DNA of 64,000 nucleotides from Chrysomallon squamiferum (lineage: Eukaryota > Animalia > Mollusca): contig CM022673.1 in NCBI GenBank assembly GCA_012295275.1, positions 18,228,001-18,292,000 on the forward strand. The letters run 5' to 3'. How positions within the stretch are numbered: the stretch's first letter is position 1; each line of letters opens with the position of its first letter. Under the pieces are notes generated by a model. The model worked only from the letters and a program-made list of their open reading frames with translations. It did not search any database and had not been told where the DNA came from. The position numbers were made by a program, and so were the translations under genes. Shown one piece after another: positions 60,038 to 64,000 of the stretch.

Positions 60038-62638
60038 ATTTGTTGTTGCTGTTCTTAATATAGCAGTAATCGTAACAGTAAACTCATTCTCGCACTTTTT
60101 ACAACCTTAATCTACGTTTTGATATCACACACACATACATTTATTTATTTACTACAACTACTACGGCTACTACTGCTACTACAACTACTACTACTATTAT
60201 ACTACTGCTGCTACTATTACTATGCTACTGCTACTACTGCTACTACTATCTGATTACTATTTATTTGTTGATAAATAACCTGCAGTTGGTTGAATAATGA
60301 TTAAATACGTTTTATCTTGATAGATTCTAGATTCGCATATTTGTTTTTCTTTTTCATATGCACGTGCATGACGTCCCTGTTGTCTCTCTCTCGAATCGTC
60401 TAAAACTGAACACAGATTTGTACAAATGTCTGACGTGCGTGTCCAGTGAAAACGAACTCAACACGGCATTCTTAGACAGCATTTTACACCTACCAGAATT
60501 AAATGAAAATAAAGGATCACGTGAATGTCGAAGATGAAAACATTAAGCTAAATACGACTAAATAAAGGATAAAAGAATTACGCAGTTACTGAAATCATCA
60601 CGGAACCACGTCTGATCGTTTTAAAAAGTGTAAAACTGTGTTCGTTGGTTATTTCTATTCAGTGTGTAAACTGCACGTAGACATTAACGCGATATGACAT
60701 AAGATAAATTGTATTCATAACTTGTGGACACACTTTAAATGGCATACCTCTGCACACCCCATTATTGACTCACTAATCGCTTAGATAAATATAGAACCGG
60801 TGAAACCGTATTTCGAACTCTGTTAAATAAACTTTCTTTTTATGATACTAATAGGACGGATGACAGGAAGGGTGGTTATAAGAAAAGATTATAATTTCAC
60901 AAAATGAGTTACTTGAGTTTGATAATGATTGCTCAACAGTTTGAAATGATGAATATTAAAAGTCTTAAATTACGGTGGTAATTATTAAATAATAGTTAAA
61001 TAAATACTGAGATAACAGTGTTTAATTATTAATATTTTGGAACATAACTATGATTTATTGAAAGTAATATAAAATAAAATAAATAATAAACAATATTTTT
61101 TTAATATAAAACAAACAGTTCTTCATTCCCTTGGTTACTGTTAAAAGAAAACTGGAAATCTAGGTCATTCTAGGACATTTCTCTAACGGGCAACTGCTTT
61201 ACCTGTACACCGGCTGATTGTCACGACAGGTATTTCAATTCATTGCTGACCTAGTTGCACACAAAAATGATTTGTCTTGTGCAGTACAGGAAAACAAAGT
61301 AAAGAAACAGGTTTTGTTTGCTTCTCTTCAGCATTTATCAGTTTGGATTTATTTTATACTGGAGTAGTTGTGCTCGCTTGCGTGTCGAGTTCACGAGATC
61401 AGCCGAAGGTACGTAATTTTATTTGAATCCGTTTTCCGCCGTTATCCTTATTTGAAATATAACATTGTTAATATGGCGACATTTTCCCAATGAGGTTGGG
61501 AATATTTTGAAAAGTATTTATAATAAATATATTTTTGTCGTGTCTGATTTACTGTATTTTCCTCTCTGAAAAGACGACCAGTCGAGGTGTAAACGATTTG
61601 AACTATTTAACTGACTGGAAACTCATCGAATACATCAGTCATATGTAATTGTTTCCGGTTTTGTCAAACGTTAATAATCTGACCTACATTAAAATATAAC
61701 AAATTAAATATGTACTTAATTGTCTAGAATCTAAATATGTCTTCTATATATATCTATACACACTAACACACATGAATGTGTGTCGTCTATTTGTGCACGT
61801 GTTCGTACGTATTGTGTGTGTGTGTATATATATATTTTGTATGTACTATATATATAAGTAAGTATTAAAAGAAACATCTAAAGGTGAATAGTCACAGACG
61901 ATATATTCCACTTAAAACACATCACTAGTCTTGTTAATTAGTAATAATTAATAGGACTTCGTGTGTGTGTGTGTGTGGGGGGCGGCGTTTGTGTGCGTGT
62001 ATGTGCGTTTACTTGGAAGCAAGCTGTAAAATTATGTAATGTTTTCTACTTATCTCTGTATATATGTATGTATGTGTTTATGTGGATAGGCATTTACTAT
62101 AAATGTTTGAGATTGTGTGATCTTAGTAGGAATGAAAGAGTGTCTGTCTGTATCTACTGATATCATGTACTTCTATTTGTATACAGAGTACGATTATTTT
62201 ATTTCAATGTGATGTGTACAAACCTCGGCTGCAAATGTCCTTTTATAAGTCTATATTTACTAGTATGCCTACAGAATTTTCTTCTCATGTGTTCCAATGT
62301 TTGTGTAACTGAATAATGAACAACCTGCTATCTGGCCATGAGTTTGTTTACAAAAGCAAAACAAACAAGTTAAAATAGCTGACATTGTGAAAACAATGAG
62401 CTGTGTTTTCTTCAAGTATTCGTTGTATCGGTCAACAGACTGTAGTCAAAAACAGCATTAACCCGTAATAACAACACAGCCTGGCTAGGACGCAGTTTTG
62501 ATCTCTAATAAATGTAGATATACTTCAAAATGTAGACTGGTTAACTTACATATTTTTAAAAATAACAACAACAAGACAAAATTAAAGTATTAAATAAATG
62601 TATTTTCAGTCATTTTCTTTTTCTACTCCTTATTCTTT

Positions 62639-62642
<4 letters not shown>

Positions 62643-62737
<95 letters not shown>

Positions 62738-62755
62738 CTGTCTGTCTGTCTGTCT
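62643..62755. repeat. (TC)n(TGTC)n microsatellite
   Basis: Seen directly. Confidence 0.95.
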
Positions 62756-64000
62756 AACTCATTAAGTCTCCCATCTGATCTTATTATTTTGCTGCATCAG
62801 TGTCACAAAATCTATATATCTTTCTTCACCTCTTTTTCTGTTTTTCTTTGTGTGAAATAAACCATGCTGAAAGAAGAAATCTGCATTAGCTTTTCATCCG
62901 CAGACAAAGCCGGAATGTCAGCCAGCGTGCTACTTTTCATAGAACAAGAAAAAAAAAAAAAAAAAAAAAAAAAAATAAACAAATTCAACAAGCTGGTATT
63001 AATAACGCGCTGTAAACGATTTCATATCACCTAAATGTCACTCATGCATGAAGTCAGCTTCGTGCAAGGCAGCGTTGTAAAGAATCACTGGTGTGGAAAA
63101 AACGATGTGAAGTTACAGGTGCGGAGAATCTTGGGTGAACCGTCAACCGATGTGAATGTTCCATGTTTTCAAATATACGAGTCTAACTATATATTCATAA
63201 AAATACTCTTGAGTTGACTTTTTAGGACAGTTACAAAGTTCATTCAAATGATATTTCCACCTCCCCCCCACTGTAAAATAACTTGGACCGGCGCCTTGTA
63301 TCATTGTAAAACTAAAGACCAGCAATTTGTAAAAATCTCAGATAGTGTAATACTTCAGGAAGGTTGTTCACACAGGTAAGCCGTTCTTCTCTGATGACTC
63401 GTCGAAAGCTTCAAGTAACAAACTATTTAAAAATACTGTCGCGTTCCACACATATATCAACCTTACAGAGAGAAAATGTTGGTGCTCGTTGTTACGGTTT
63501 AGACCTTCAAAGCTATTAGAACGGGAAGGTAGAAAAAATATACCATTGTAGAATAGAATATATCCACTGTGTGAAAACTATGACATCGGACATGAGTTTC
63601 GTTATATATATAAATATATGTATATATATATATATATATTTTTAAGAATCAAACGAACCGTTACGTACCATTTTTATGTTAATCTAAACCAAGCATTTAT
63701 ACATTTTATAAATTATTTATTTCTTTAAAAGCTGGTGTCCTTAAAAAACATTATATTTTCTGTAATCTAATCGCGAATTTTTTGAAATCCTCTGACTGAT
63801 ATACTGATATATTGCATATTTTTTTTTATTATTATGTAATTTATTGTAAATCCACCATTTTGTTAAAAATGTTATAATTATATTAAATGTGTGAATATAT
63901 CCTCATATGTCGTAGAATACGGCCTGGTGCACAAATACATTTCAGTTCAATTTAGATGTTTTTATGTCAGCATTATATAAGTTATTTCTTTCATATCTCA

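Noticed and set aside
63035-63385. Moderately GC-rich segment with short ORFs and a strong CAG|GTAAGC donor near 63376
   Set aside because: Could be an exon or transposon remnant, but no recognisable peptide or partner exon supports it in this window.

Overview
This is AT-rich, microsatellite-dense eukaryotic DNA. It looks like an invertebrate, possibly a mollusc, but that is inference. Almost all ORF-track calls are simple-repeat artefacts. One real protein-coding gene can be assembled on the + strand from three phase-0 exons (9786-10001, 33435-33497, 37852-38109). It encodes a ~178-aa protein with a coiled coil, an acidic linker and a C3HC4 RING finger, with introns of ~23.4 kb and ~4.4 kb, a CpG/CCAAT promoter and a probable long 3' UTR. 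The most unusual structure is a 12-copy tandem array (31975-33446) that duplicates the intron 1/exon 2 junction. Eleven copies of the splice acceptor plus the first 11 nt of exon 2 precede the real exon, and ten of them are followed directly by a GTATGT donor and TG/TGTA repeats. This forms an array of potential frameshifting 'poison' microexons. Also present are several RFX X-box motifs in and around the gene, an internally deleted hAT (Buster/Charlie-type) transposon, a Tigger4/MER46-like MITE, minisatellites (19, 19, 31, 62 and 79 bp) and many microsatellites.
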